This document shows, piece by piece, positions 36,799-48,250 of a stretch of DNA of 64,000 nucleotides. The stretch comes from a virus: the IMG/VR virus record IMGVR_UViG_3300034651_000084; one strand, 5' to 3'. The first letter of the stretch is position 1. Each line of letters begins with the position of its first letter. The translations under genes and the position numbers were made by a program. The notes beneath the pieces are model-generated. The model saw nothing but the letters and a program-made list of their open reading frames with translations. It was not told the origin of the DNA and did not search any database.

Positions 36799-37221
36799 AT
36801 GTCAGACGGAGTAAAACTTGATCTAGAAAATATGGCAGATGGAGAAGCGAAGGAACGCATACAGTACGAGTTAGAAAAGATTGCAGACAATATCCTTGAT
36901 TTGATGACGGAACCAGACAAGAAGCGGACATTAACGATAAAAATTGATTATATTCCAAACGAAAAACGGAACGCACTAGAAACACAATTACAAGTTACTT
37001 CTAAACTAGCACCGCAGAAAAAAGCAGAAACAACCACACTTATTGGCCGAGATGTCGATACTGGCTTTATTCAAATGCAGGAGTTGCAAAACGGTGGAAT
37101 ACCAGGACAAACATTTTTAGATGATGACGGCACACTCAAAACAGATGTCGGTGAGGAAATTGATGAAAAAGGAAACATCAGAGAGATGATCGACTACAAC
37201 AAAAAGAGAAATTCAAACTAA
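36799..37221 (+). CDS. Conserved phage hypothetical protein
   Basis: 140 aa, NILDLMTEPDKKRTLTIKI...VTSKLAP; paired with the next gene. Confidence 0.75.
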   Translation: MSDGVKLDLENMADGEAKERIQYELEKIADNILDLMTEPDKKRTLTIKIDYIPNEKRNALETQLQVTSKLAPQKKAETTTLIGRDVDTGFIQMQELQNGGIPGQTFLDDDGTLKTDVGEEIDEKGNIREMIDYNKKRNSN

Positions 37222-37236
37222 AAGGAGAACAATAAA

Positions 37237-37974
37237 ATGACTGAAAATATCAAAGAAGCTTTACAGTATGCGGTTGACTTGGCAGGACAAGAAGACAAGG
37301 TTATTAAGGACAAAGGTGGAAAAGAATGGTACGACAGCAATAGTCATCGACTACTTGAGTTAGAACCTAAACAATACTACCCAGAATTATTACGACTAAA
37401 TACGTTAGATAGCTTGATTAATTATTACAAGAATAATATTAACGAAATTGCAGACATGCGTACGATTGTCGTTGTTGATAACCCTCGTGAAGTCTATGTG
37501 TATACCGAAGATGATGACAGAGAAAAGCGCACAACCTTAATCAACGTTGAAGCTAGTATTCCACATATTGAGTTCGATACATTTATGCCAGCAGATACTT
37601 TTAACATCGAATTACAGTCCAAATTTTTAGATAATTATGACCGTGAAAATGTACTGGATTTTGCTTCTGCTATTGTCATTGATGAGGGCATAGATGTTGA
37701 AGATGATGGAGTAGCACAAATCACAACAGTTAAGCAAGGGGTAGCCAGCCGCTCCAAAGCCAAAGCACCAAATCCAGTTACCCTTGCACCATATCGCACA
37801 TTTTTAGAAGTGGAACAGCCACCAAGTGATTTCATCTTACGACTGAATAAAGAAGCGAACTTTGCACTATTCGAAGCAGATGGCGGCTTTTGGAAACTCC
37901 AAGCAGTACGACTAGTTAAAGAATACCTCGCTGAAAATCTCGAAGACTTTGAAAATGTCTTTGTGTTGGCCTAA
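37237..37974 (+). CDS. Conserved phage hypothetical protein
   Basis: 245 aa, PNPVTLAPYRTFLEVEQP...ALFEADGG; spans the unit junction with no interruption. Confidence 0.8.
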   Translation: MTENIKEALQYAVDLAGQEDKVIKDKGGKEWYDSNSHRLLELEPKQYYPELLRLNTLDSLINYYKNNINEIADMRTIVVVDNPREVYVYTEDDDREKRTTLINVEASIPHIEFDTFMPADTFNIELQSKFLDNYDRENVLDFASAIVIDEGIDVEDDGVAQITTVKQGVASRSKAKAPNPVTLAPYRTFLEVEQPPSDFILRLNKEANFALFEADGGFWKLQAVRLVKEYLAENLEDFENVFVLA

Positions 37975-38040
37975 ACGATTTGGTAGCGGTGCAGGGCACG
38001 AGCCTTGCACCTTGATTGGAAAGGTATTGGTGGTGATTAA

Positions 38041-39189
38041 ATGGCAGATATTAAATGGATAAAGTTATCCGTAAATATGTTTGATGATGAAAAGATAAAA
38101 CTGATACGCACAATGCCAGAAGGCGACTCAATCGTTATTATCTGGGTACAAATTTTATGTTTGGCCGGCAAGATTAATGATAATGGTGCTGTGTATATGG
38201 GACAAAACCTAGCATATTCGGACGAAATGTTAGCCACTATATTAGGGCATCCATTAAACATCATGAGAGTTGCACTCCAAACATTAGAACAATTCGAAAT
38301 GATCGAAGTGGACGAAGGCGGAGAAATTGAAATCGTCAATTGGGAAAAACATCAGAATATAGATGGCATGGAACGTATTAGAAAACAAAATCGTGAGCGT
38401 AAAAAACGGTTTGACTTAAGAAAGAAAATCGAACAATTGGGGTATGATCCAAACGCTGAAAATGTCCCTTATGAAGTAGAAAAATTAGAAGAATACGTTG
38501 AAAAAATCGAAAAATTAAGTAGTAACGCTATTGAAACGTTCGGTAACGTTACTGAAGAAAACAACAATCATAAAACTGATAAAAGTGAACAAGAACCGCA
38601 CAACAACAGCGATAACGTTAGTTCAGATGGTGGTAACGTTACAGTAACGTCTGGTAACGCAACAGATAAGACTAGAATAGAAGAGAGAAGAGAAGAGAAG
38701 AATAGAGAAGAAAAGAAAGAAAGCAGCAGCAAAGAAAAAAATGCAGGCGGCGGCTCTGAAAAAAATATAGAAACTTTTTCTATTTTTGAAAAATTATGGA
38801 TGTTTCCAAATCTCGTGCAAAAAGAAACCTTGGAAGAATTTATTGATTTGTATGGTGATGATTTAGTGGTGGCTGCGATTAAGATAGCTGGTTCTAAAGA
38901 TGTGATTAAGGGTAAGGCAATTAATTTTATTGAGTCTGTCCTTAAAGAGTGGGAAAACAATAATGTTAAAACCCTTGAACAAGCTCGTGAGTACGAACGT
39001 AATCGGAAAACCAAAAAGAAAAGCTACAACAACCAAAAACAACCTGTTCAAAAAGAGAAGTTACCAGACTGGGTAAATAACGAGCAGGGTACATCAAAAG
39101 ATGATGAAGTACTTGATGACACCGAAACCGAAAAACGATTAGAGCGACTGAAAAGACTTAGAGAAGAAAAGGGGTTAAGTGATGAATAA
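38041..39189 (+). CDS. Replication initiation protein (copy 2)
   Basis: Identical to 134-1282. Confidence 0.9.
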   Translation: MADIKWIKLSVNMFDDEKIKLIRTMPEGDSIVIIWVQILCLAGKINDNGAVYMGQNLAYSDEMLATILGHPLNIMRVALQTLEQFEMIEVDEGGEIEIVNWEKHQNIDGMERIRKQNRERKKRFDLRKKIEQLGYDPNAENVPYEVEKLEEYVEKIEKLSSNAIETFGNVTEENNNHKTDKSEQEPHNNSDNVSSDGGNVTVTSGNATDKTRIEERREEKNREEKKESSSKEKNAGGGSEKNIETFSIFEKLWMFPNLVQKETLEEFIDLYGDDLVVAAIKIAGSKDVIKGKAINFIESVLKEWENNNVKTLEQAREYERNRKTKKKSYNNQKQPVQKEKLPDWVNNEQGTSKDDEVLDDTETEKRLERLKRLREEKGLSDE

Positions 39190-39725
39190 AAAAGAACTAA
39201 AAAACGACATATATAAATTGCACAGATACGAAGCTGAAATGCACAATCCTGTGGCTAAAGCTTTGGCGTTTACTGTAACAACAGTCCCTTTGAAGGATGT
39301 TATTGAAGTTATAGACAACTTTGAAGTGCCGAAACAAGAAAAACCGGTAATCCCACAATTTGTAGCTGATTTTGTAGAAGAGGTTAAAGATTGGGCTTTA
39401 TGAAATATTTGATGATGAATATCTACATGAAGAGCACGACGAAATAGCAAAATGGTTATACGATAACGATACAAAAATGAATAGAGAACGTGAATTGATT
39501 TTGGTGGAAGCCTTAGCTAACGGATACGAAATCGAAGAAGAGCCGAAGTATCTAGTACTTTTAGGGGACAACAAATATCTTTCAAGAACTGGAAAAATAT
39601 CAAATATAAGCGATGATTTAAAACCTATGATGAAATTAAATTGTTCTATGACCGAACAAGAAATCAAAAAACATGATGAACGCTATTGGCCATTTAGAAA
39701 GCCAGTTGAAGAGGTGGAAGAATGA
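39182..39725 (+). pseudogene. Split DUF1642-like gene (copy 2)
   Basis: Same frameshift as 1275-1818. Confidence 0.65.
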
Positions 39726-40012
39726 GACAAAAAACCGAGATACAGAGTAGGCACAATCTAAAGATACTTCCAGAGTATTTTCAAGCAATTGCTAAAGGAA
39801 TTAAAACTTTTGAAATACGTAAGAATGATAGAAATTATCAAATAGGTGATCAAATCACGCTCATGGAGCACAACGGCCGGAATTACACTGGCCGTGAGAT
39901 TATTGGCTCAATCACTTATATCACAGACTATGAGCAAAAAGAGGGTTATATCGTATTTGGGTTTAGAAAGTGGAGCATTAACACGCAGAGACAACAAAGA
40001 CCGGATTATTAG
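39722..40012 (+). CDS. ASCH/DUF3850 protein (copy 2)
   Basis: Identical to 1815-2105. Confidence 0.85.
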   Translation: MRQKTEIQSRHNLKILPEYFQAIAKGIKTFEIRKNDRNYQIGDQITLMEHNGRNYTGREIIGSITYITDYEQKEGYIVFGFRKWSINTQRQQRPDY

Positions 40013-40157
40013 GGGGCTGAAACAGAATGAAAGAAAAAATAACTCAATTTATCAAGCAATTACTCTGCAAGCCGCATCGATTTGATACGCCGAGACATAA
40101 ATACAGACTTGGAAACATCAAACACGGTTATGAGTGCAGCAAGTGTAAGAAAGTACG

Positions 40158-40541
40158 GTGGTTGGGATTAATAAAATTGTGATTGATAGTCCTTTGCCAT
40201 CGCTTAACGAGTACACAAACGAGAATCGCAAACATTATCACAAGGGTGCACAAGTAAAAAAACGCGCCACATACATTTGCCGCATATTTATCCAGAAGGC
40301 AATCAACGAAGGATTAGAAGTTCCAAAATTACCAATGGACTTGAAATTTACCTGGTACGTAAAAAACAGACGGCAGGATAAGGATAATATTTCATTTGCA
40401 AAGAAATTCATTCTCGATGGTATGGTTGATGCTCGATTGATTAAAAACGACGGATGGGGTCAAATTGGCGATTTTACAGACACGTTTAAAGTAGATAAAA
40501 ATGAGCGAGTGGAAATTGAATTGATTGGGGGAAAAGAATGA
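40158..40541 (+). CDS. rusA: RusA-like resolvase (copy 2)
   Basis: Identical to 2251-2634. Confidence 0.8.
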   Translation: MVGINKIVIDSPLPSLNEYTNENRKHYHKGAQVKKRATYICRIFIQKAINEGLEVPKLPMDLKFTWYVKNRRQDKDNISFAKKFILDGMVDARLIKNDGWGQIGDFTDTFKVDKNERVEIELIGGKE

Positions 40542-41182
40542 ACCAATATACAGCGTTAGTAATTGTTAGTGTCGCTTTAATTCTATTGACTGGCTTTACA
40601 TTTTATTTAACAGGTAGTGCGTGGTCTTTTGCAATATTATTGTTAATTGTCGGAATGAGTGCATCAGAGGATGGTGGAGATAGTGACTAATTACAAAAAT
40701 GAACAACAAAAGCCGAAGTCTGCACCCAAACACGAATTAAATGACAAACAAGCTAAATACCTTAAAGAACTCGAAGAACGCAACAAACGCGAAATTAGTA
40801 CGTATAGGGGTGGCTATAATGTTGGCGATTGATTGGTATAGAGCGCACCAAAATTTAGATGCACTGAACGAAATGAAACGAGATAGCGCAATAAAGTATA
40901 TTCACATAGTTAATGATTTTGTAGGCTTTTATGCGGACAACCCCCGCTATGAAGAAGTGGTAAAGTTTGATTTGCGTTTTGAAGTTACAGGAACGTTTGA
41001 TGACTTATGCAGTAAATATTTTTAGGAGCATACGCGATGAGAAAACTTAAGAAAGGCGACAAATACCGTCCGATTGTGCACATAAAGAAAGTTAAAAAGG
41101 ACGTGCCGACTGTCTTGCAGGTAAGCGGGCGAAGATATGTGTTAGAGCACAAGCACCAACATAAGTGATTGGAGTTGATTAA

Positions 41183-41590
41183 GTGGTTAGTTATAAACAA
41201 GCAGAAAATAAGCTAAAAGATTATTATTCGGGGAAGCACCGAAATAAAATACTTAATCGGCGATTGCAGCTTAGATACCCTTACTACTTTTTTCCGAGCG
41301 ATGAAAATATTGGCGGTGGCAAAACCAATAGCACATCCGATCCAACGGAAAGTGTCGCCAGGAAAAGAGCAGATGATGCAAAATTAAATAAGTTGCAACG
41401 TGAAGAAGAGGCCATTAAAAATTTTTTGAAGCACTTGGATTTAAAAACTGAACAAATATTGTATTATTTTTATAAAAAGAATAATACATGGGGAGAAGTT
41501 AGCGAAGTTGTTGGTTATTCAATCACTGCTTGTAAAAATAAAAGAAGCGATTCAATTAAAAAACTGGCTGAATGGCTGAAATTAGAGTGA
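41183..41590 (+). CDS. ArpU/RinA-family activator (copy 2)
   Basis: Identical to 3276-3683. Confidence 0.8.
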   Translation: MVSYKQAENKLKDYYSGKHRNKILNRRLQLRYPYYFFPSDENIGGGKTNSTSDPTESVARKRADDAKLNKLQREEEAIKNFLKHLDLKTEQILYYFYKKNNTWGEVSEVVGYSITACKNKRSDSIKKLAEWLKLE

Positions 41591-41737
41591 ATGTCTCTTT
41601 AGTGTCCGATTAGTGTCTCTTTTGTCTGTTTTTCGGTGGTATAATGCTAATATGAAGATATTATATAATTGGCTAGGTAAGTTCCTTTTTTGGTTGTTTG
41701 TCAAAATTTCTCCTTAGAAAATAACCTAGCCTTTTAT

Positions 41738-41810
41738 TGGAATATAGCTCAGTTGGTAGAGCACTGCACTGTTAATGCAGAGGTCACAGGTTCGAGCCCC
41801 GTTGTTCCAG
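41738..41810 (+). tRNA. tRNA-Asn (GTT) (copy 2)
   Basis: Identical to 3831-3903. Confidence 0.93.
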
Positions 41811-42031
41811 TTGAGAGGAATCTCAAGGCCGCGGAAACGGTCAAAAATTTATACTATTTCTTAGTCTTATTTCGCAATATGTTTTACTCACTCATATTGT
41901 GATTGCTCATCAAGTGGATGTAAAACACAATTTGAATGAACGTCTGGGAATACGTTCAATGTCTAAAGGAAAAGCCATTCGTGTGGAAGCGGGTGGCTTT
42001 TTGTATTACATAAAATTATAAAGGTGGTGGG

Positions 42032-42526
42032 ATGATGGCGAGAGGCAAATATCATGATTGGTTAACAGAAGAAGGGCTTTTGAAACTCGAAGGCTGGGCT
42101 CGTGATGGTCTCACGGACGAACAAATAGCACAAAATATTGGCATTGCTGTTGCGACTTTGTACGTTTGGAAAAATAAGTATCCAGAGATATCAGAGTCCC
42201 TAAAAAGGGGAAAAGAAGTTGTTGACCGACAAGTTGAAAATGCATTGCTTAAAAGAGCACTGGGTTATCAATACTTTGAGGTTACTTATGAATTGGTCGA
42301 AGAAGAAGACGGAATGACCGTCGAACGAGTGACTAAACGTGTTTTGAAAGAGGAAAAACCAGACACGACGGCCGCTATCTTCTGGCTTAAAAACCGCAAA
42401 CCAACCGAGTGGAGAGACAAACAACATACTGAAATTAGTGGTGGTATCGATGTTAATAACCCATTCGAGGACTTAACCACCGAGGAACTCCGAAAGTTAG
42501 CAAAGAGTGAAAAAAATGGTAGTTGA
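42032..42526 (+). CDS. terS: Terminase small subunit (copy 2)
   Basis: Identical to 4125-4619. Confidence 0.9.
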   Translation: MMARGKYHDWLTEEGLLKLEGWARDGLTDEQIAQNIGIAVATLYVWKNKYPEISESLKRGKEVVDRQVENALLKRALGYQYFEVTYELVEEEDGMTVERVTKRVLKEEKPDTTAAIFWLKNRKPTEWRDKQHTEISGGIDVNNPFEDLTTEELRKLAKSEKNGS

Positions 42527-43907
42527 AATGGCTGATATCCAATTAGGTGCGAAAGTAGAACTTGCAAAAAGAGACTTCTTTGAATACTGCCATTTAAAAG
42601 ACCCAAATTTTTATAAATATGACCGACAATTCTTGATTGACCTAGCAGACGAATTACAAGAATTTATTGACTCCGATGATGACGTGAACGTTATCAACGT
42701 GCCGCCTCGACATGGAAAAAGTTATTCGGGAAGTAATTTCATTGAGTGGTTACTCGGCAATGACCCAACAATAAAAACAATGATAGGGTCATATAACGAA
42801 ACGCTATCGACACGATTTTCTAAAAATGTACGAAACACGATTCAAGAAGTGAAAACATCTAGAAATCAAATAATTTACAACGATATCTTTCCAGATACCA
42901 AGATTAAATACGGCGATGCCAGCATGACCTTATGGAGTTTGGAAGGCACAGATATGAGTTACCTGGCAACTTCTCCTGGTGGTACCGCGACTGGTTTTGG
43001 TGCGGACATCATTGTGATTGATGACATTATCAAAAACGCGCTGGAAGCAAATACTGCTCATGTTTTAGACGGCCACTGGGAATGGTTTACGAACACCATG
43101 CTTTCACGGCTTGAAAAAGACGGAAAAATTATACTAATCATGACACGCTGGCATTCAAACGACTTGGCCGGAAGAGTATTAAAAGAAATGCCTGGGATGG
43201 GTTATAAAGTCCGTCATACGAATATGAAGGCTTTGCAAGATGATGGCACCATGCTCTCTGAAGATATACTTTCTAGAGAAGAATATGAGAAGAAAACAAA
43301 AGCAATGGGGTCAGATATTGCAGCTGCGAACTATCAACAAACACCAATTGACATCAAAGGTAAGCTCTATAATAAAGGCTTTAAAACATATTCCTCACTA
43401 CCAACGATTAAGCGTATCTCAAGCTACACAGATACCGCCGATAGTGGTAGTGATTATTTATGTACGGTAATTTATGGTGAAACAATGGCAAATCAAGCGT
43501 ATATGATTGATGTTGTCTATACAAAGGACGATATGACCGTTACAGAGCCATTGGTTGCACGGAAGTTTGTTGAGAATACTGTCAACGAAGCTACAATCGA
43601 AGGGAACAATGGCGGTAAAGGCTTTGCTCGTTCGGTTGAGAAACACATGAAAGAAGATTTTAAATCAAATAAGACCTATATTGAGACATTCCATCAAACC
43701 AACAACAAACAAGCTCGAATTATATCAAATGCAACTTGGCTGATGGAGAATCTTTATATGCCAGAAAACTGGCGAGATATGTGGCCAGAATATTACGAAG
43801 CGATGACGACTTACCAAAAAGAAGGTAAAAACATGAATGATGATGCACAAGATGCAACCACTGGTATTGCAGAGAAGATGAGCGTTAGTGATGACTGGTT
43901 ATATTAA
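42507..43907 (+). CDS. terL: Terminase large subunit (copy 2)
   Basis: Identical to 4600-6000. Confidence 0.95.
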   Translation: MKKMVVEMADIQLGAKVELAKRDFFEYCHLKDPNFYKYDRQFLIDLADELQEFIDSDDDVNVINVPPRHGKSYSGSNFIEWLLGNDPTIKTMIGSYNETLSTRFSKNVRNTIQEVKTSRNQIIYNDIFPDTKIKYGDASMTLWSLEGTDMSYLATSPGGTATGFGADIIVIDDIIKNALEANTAHVLDGHWEWFTNTMLSRLEKDGKIILIMTRWHSNDLAGRVLKEMPGMGYKVRHTNMKALQDDGTMLSEDILSREEYEKKTKAMGSDIAAANYQQTPIDIKGKLYNKGFKTYSSLPTIKRISSYTDTADSGSDYLCTVIYGETMANQAYMIDVVYTKDDMTVTEPLVARKFVENTVNEATIEGNNGGKGFARSVEKHMKEDFKSNKTYIETFHQTNNKQARIISNATWLMENLYMPENWRDMWPEYYEAMTTYQKEGKNMNDDAQDATTGIAEKMSVSDDWLY

Positions 43908-45431
43908 TTGAGAGAGGTGATTAAACTGAGTTATAGAGACTTATTAAGTGATGATCCAACGAAAGTTGCTGAAGCTTTAGACAAAGCAATACCCGAGGAC
44001 AAGACATCAGAAGTCAAAAAGAAAGCACGAATTGGCGAAAAGTACTATAAATTTGAACATGATATTTTAGATAACCGTATTTTTTATATTGATGATAACG
44101 GGCAGCTGCAAGAAGATAAATACGCATCAAACGTTAAAATACCCCATCCGTTCTTTACGGAACAAGTCGACCAAAAAGTTCAGTATGTGTTGTCTGAGCC
44201 GATTGAATTAATTGTTCCAGATGATAAAGAACACGAAGGGCTGCAAGACAAACTTGATGACTATTATGACGAAAACATGCAAGTATTTTTACAAGAGGCA
44301 TTAGAAGGCGCTTCTAAAAAGGGACTAGAGTATGTTTATGCAAGAACAAATGCTGATGATCGACTATCTTTCCAAGTATCAGACAGTCTAAAGACATTTG
44401 AAGTCTATGATGAAAATGGTGAAAGACAGCGAACGGTACGTTATTACAATAAAGATATTGAAAAAGATGATGAATTAAAATCAATCGAACACGCAGAAGT
44501 TTGGGATGATGAACAGGTTTATTATTTCGTAAAAGAAGAGAACAAATACACACTCGATACTTCTAGAGAAATGAATCCAAGAAAACATGTTTTAGCTGTC
44601 GATAGTCAAGGTACTGTATTAGGGCGTTCTTATGAACGAAATCCATTTTATCGATTAAGCAACAATACGCATGAAACAACTGATTTAGAGCCAATTAAAG
44701 CGTTGATTGATGACTATGATTTAATGGCTGCATTTTTATCAAATAACTTACAAGATTTTTCAGAAGCTATTTATGTAGTGAAAGGTTTTAAAGGTGATGA
44801 TTTAACAAGTTTACGCCAAAACGTGAAATCCAAGAAAACGGTAGGCGTTGGGACTGATGGCGATTTAGATATTCGTACCGTAGAAATCCCTCATGAAGCA
44901 CGAAAAACAAAACTAGAGATTGACAAGGATGCTATTTATAAGTTTGGAATGGCGGTCGATACATCACAAATCGGTCATTCAAGCGGAACAGTTACCAATG
45001 TAGCAATCAAAGCTGGTTATTCGTTACTTGACATGAAAGCGAACAAAGCAGAGGTACGCTTACGCTCCATGCTCAAATGGATGAACGAAATGATTATTGA
45101 TGACATTAATCGACGACATAACACAAACTATATGGCCGATAACATTGAAATCACGATTACACGAACAACACCAGTCAACGAAAATGACATTGCGACCAAT
45201 GAAAAAATTCAAGCAGAAACACAACAGCTGTATATTCAAACAATTATTGCAGCTGCTCCTCGTATTGGTGATGAAGAGACATTGAAGCTTATTTGCGAGC
45301 AATTTGAACTTGATTGGGAAGAGGTGCAAGACAAGCTAGAAAAACAAGAATATACGTCAGGTTTACAAGATGACACGGATCCACCAGAAATGGGTGATGA
45401 AGTAGATGGCGAAATCGAGGCAACTGAGTAA
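43908..45431 (+). CDS. Portal protein (copy 2)
   Basis: Identical to 6001-7524. Confidence 0.92.
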   Translation: MREVIKLSYRDLLSDDPTKVAEALDKAIPEDKTSEVKKKARIGEKYYKFEHDILDNRIFYIDDNGQLQEDKYASNVKIPHPFFTEQVDQKVQYVLSEPIELIVPDDKEHEGLQDKLDDYYDENMQVFLQEALEGASKKGLEYVYARTNADDRLSFQVSDSLKTFEVYDENGERQRTVRYYNKDIEKDDELKSIEHAEVWDDEQVYYFVKEENKYTLDTSREMNPRKHVLAVDSQGTVLGRSYERNPFYRLSNNTHETTDLEPIKALIDDYDLMAAFLSNNLQDFSEAIYVVKGFKGDDLTSLRQNVKSKKTVGVGTDGDLDIRTVEIPHEARKTKLEIDKDAIYKFGMAVDTSQIGHSSGTVTNVAIKAGYSLLDMKANKAEVRLRSMLKWMNEMIIDDINRRHNTNYMADNIEITITRTTPVNENDIATNEKIQAETQQLYIQTIIAAAPRIGDEETLKLICEQFELDWEEVQDKLEKQEYTSGLQDDTDPPEMGDEVDGEIEATE

Positions 45432-47118
45432 ATGGGAAAAAGAAGTTAGGCGGTTGTCCATTAATCGATTTAAAGAGACGGACAACGTGTTATTTAACCA
45501 CTACAAAGATGCATTAAGAGAAATGAAAGTTGAACTCAAACGCTACATTGACACTTATGAGGAATTATCTTTCTCAAAACGTTTAGAAGCGGAACGTCAA
45601 ATACAAGTGGCTAATCGAATTGATGAAATACTCATTGATTTGAATAAGTGGAGCGAATCTGACATTCGCAAGAGTATCGAACAAGAAGCGAACTTTGGGT
45701 ATTACGGTTCATGGTATGAGTTAGAGGGCGCTGAAAATATCCAGTTAGATTTTGCGATGCTTCCAGAGAATTATATCGAGGAACTCACGAACAAACCGGT
45801 GGCCGGAAAGAGACTGTCAACACGCTTATATGATTATCGCAATCAATTAGCCGAAAGAACAACAACGGCTTTGATTGATGGTGCAGCAAAAGGGCGAGGG
45901 TATCGGAAAATCGCAAAAGAAATTGGTGAATTAACTGAAGCGAATTATAAACAGGCGTTACGTATTGCTCGCACTGAAGGTGGACGTGCTCAATCAACCG
46001 CCAAGCAAAGAGCTTATAAAGAAGCGCAGGATAAAGGTGTAGAAATCGAAAAGCAATGGATGTCTGTGTTGGATGATAGGACAAGACACAATCATCAAAT
46101 TCTAGATGGGCAAACAGTCGACATAGAAGAAGAATTTACTTCTCCTAGTGGCGCTAAAGCTCAGGGACCCAGGTTATTCGGCAACGCTGGTGATGACATC
46201 AACTGTAGATGTACTACAATCACGATTGTTAATGGTTTATCCCCGGAATTAAGACGAGACAATGAAACTGGTGAAGTTATTCCTTTCCAAACTTACACAG
46301 AATGGGCGGAAAACAAAGGCATTGTCCCTGAGGCGATTGAATCGGGACCAACAATCAAAATAAACGATACTATTCGAGATAAGATAACTGCCACTCAGTT
46401 TGACGAGATCACAGAGTTATTAGGTAGAGCTCCCGACAGTATTCAAAAGATGTGGAATAAATATTCTGATAATATGAATTGGGGAAGCACTTCAGACGGA
46501 AACTATTTTAGCGCACAAACTGAATATGCTTTTATAAAACCAAGCGACTTAAAGAAAGACAACTTAGAAGATTATAAAGTATTATTTCACGAGATGGCTC
46601 ATAATATTGATAGTGTGGCTGGTTCCCAGCAATACGGCAATCGATTTAACTTTGCTTCATCTCATTATAGTGATGAATTTACGCGATTATTAAAAAAAGA
46701 TGCTGATGACTATATTAAAAAACAGCAAAAAAGAATGGGAGAATTAGTTAAGGAACAATGGGATGACGAAGGCGCCGGTGGTTATCAAAAATTTGTTCTT
46801 GACGGCCAAGAAATGTTGCTGCCCAAAAAAATCAAGAAAAGAGATGCAAAGTCTTTTGTTGCGAACGAATTAAGCGAAAAAAGTTTCAAAGATATAAGCG
46901 CTGTAGGAGATGTTTTTGAAGGTGCTACAGGTGTGTCTTCTAAAGGTGGGCACGGCAAGAAGTATTGGAAAAATAAAGATATGTTGCCGCGTGAAGCCTT
47001 TGCTCATATGACACAAACCACTATTAACAATGAACAATCGCTCAGAGAGATGAAACATTACTTTCCTAATGCATATGAAGAGTATTTAAATGTAGTTAAA
47101 ATTATAAACGAAATTTAA
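45406..47118 (+). CDS. MuF with HExxH extension (copy 2)
   Basis: Identical to 7499-9211. Confidence 0.88.
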   Translation: MAKSRQLSKWEKEVRRLSINRFKETDNVLFNHYKDALREMKVELKRYIDTYEELSFSKRLEAERQIQVANRIDEILIDLNKWSESDIRKSIEQEANFGYYGSWYELEGAENIQLDFAMLPENYIEELTNKPVAGKRLSTRLYDYRNQLAERTTTALIDGAAKGRGYRKIAKEIGELTEANYKQALRIARTEGGRAQSTAKQRAYKEAQDKGVEIEKQWMSVLDDRTRHNHQILDGQTVDIEEEFTSPSGAKAQGPRLFGNAGDDINCRCTTITIVNGLSPELRRDNETGEVIPFQTYTEWAENKGIVPEAIESGPTIKINDTIRDKITATQFDEITELLGRAPDSIQKMWNKYSDNMNWGSTSDGNYFSAQTEYAFIKPSDLKKDNLEDYKVLFHEMAHNIDSVAGSQQYGNRFNFASSHYSDEFTRLLKKDADDYIKKQQKRMGELVKEQWDDEGAGGYQKFVLDGQEMLLPKKIKKRDAKSFVANELSEKSFKDISAVGDVFEGATGVSSKGGHGKKYWKNKDMLPREAFAHMTQTTINNEQSLREMKHYFPNAYEEYLNVVKIINEI

Positions 47119-47128
47119 GGGGATCAAC

Positions 47129-47287
47129 ATGGACGAACTATTAGAGAGATACTTTGAAACTTTTGGTGAATCTTTTCCAAATTTTGTTTTTACTGGAACT
47201 GATGAAGAAATGAAAGAAGTTATAAAAGAATGCATTGAAAAAAATGAGCCTTATGAACCAGAGTACAAAGAAGGAGTAATTTATTGA
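47129..47287 (+). CDS. Candidate MuF immunity peptide (copy 2)
   Basis: Identical to 9222-9380. Confidence 0.7.
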   Translation: MDELLERYFETFGESFPNFVFTGTDEEMKEVIKECIEKNEPYEPEYKEGVIY

Positions 47288-47544
47288 CAACAAGGTAGGT
47301 GATGATATGGCAATGACGGAATTTGAGAAAAAGATTTTGCAGGAAGTTAAGGGAATCAACAAAGAACTCCATGAGTTAAATCGTATTTTAAAAAACAAAC
47401 CCGGAAAAGTTGTAATTAATGGTGAAAAAGTAGCTGAAGGTATGTTTGATGCTGCTAGAGAAGTTCGGATGGGAACGAGAAGTTTAGAAAGCAGGTGATC
47501 GCCATGCAAGTGGCATATCTGATTTTGTATTAAGGGAGTAGAAA

Positions 47545-47844
47545 ATGATAGAGAAAATTAAAGTTGGTGGTCTGACTTATTCGGTTGAACTAGTGGAATG
47601 GGAGACAGACATAAATGGCGATATGCAGTTTGGATTAATACACAAAGATACTACACGCATAGAGCTAAACACGTTGCCTAGCGAACAAATCCAAAGTCAG
47701 ACGCTCATTCACGAGGTTATGCACGCAGTATTTATGGAAGCGGGATTAGACATAGTTAACGAAGAGGATATAGTCAATCGAGTGAGTTTGATCTTATATC
47801 AAGTGTTGCAAGATAACGATTTAAGTTTTATATATAAAAAGTAA
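47545..47844 (+). CDS. Small HExxH protein (copy 2)
   Basis: Identical to 9638-9937. Confidence 0.75.
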   Translation: MIEKIKVGGLTYSVELVEWETDINGDMQFGLIHKDTTRIELNTLPSEQIQSQTLIHEVMHAVFMEAGLDIVNEEDIVNRVSLILYQVLQDNDLSFIYKK

Positions 47845-48250
47845 AGTCATCACTCATATTAGGAGTGGTAAGAGTGGTAAGAGTGAAAAGAAATTTTTGC
47901 AGACATGTATGGGTAGAAGTAGACAAAAGGACATATGACCTAAAATGTGAAAAGTGTGGAGTATATGTAAGACAAGGCGCTATGAGTTGGCCAACGGTTA
48001 GCAAGGAGAATTTCACTCCTACTGTTAAACCAATGATGGTAAACCATCAAAAGGAAATTGTTGAAAGAGATTTAACTAGACATTTAACAGAAGATTTAAC
48101 TAAACATTTATATATGTAAATAACTAAGTCAGCACTTATCGGGTGGTGGCTATTTTTGCTGCTCCGAAACGAGCCTAAACTAACTCTGCTAGAGAATAAT
48201 AGCAACTCTAACTGGCACCGACCAGAATAAAAAGGAATGGAGATTTAAAG

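Larger units (their letters stand above)
1..37907 (+). mobile_element. Complete temperate siphovirus genome unit (37,907 bp, circularly permuted in this view)
   Basis: Full set of replication, packaging, head, tail, lysis, integration and immunity modules; the sequence at 37908 restarts the sequence at 1 (acgactagttaaagaatacc). Confidence 0.97.

Noticed and set aside
37900-37915. Physical genome end, cos site or terminal repeat at the repeat boundary
   Set aside because: The boundary is set only by the window start and falls inside an uninterrupted gene.
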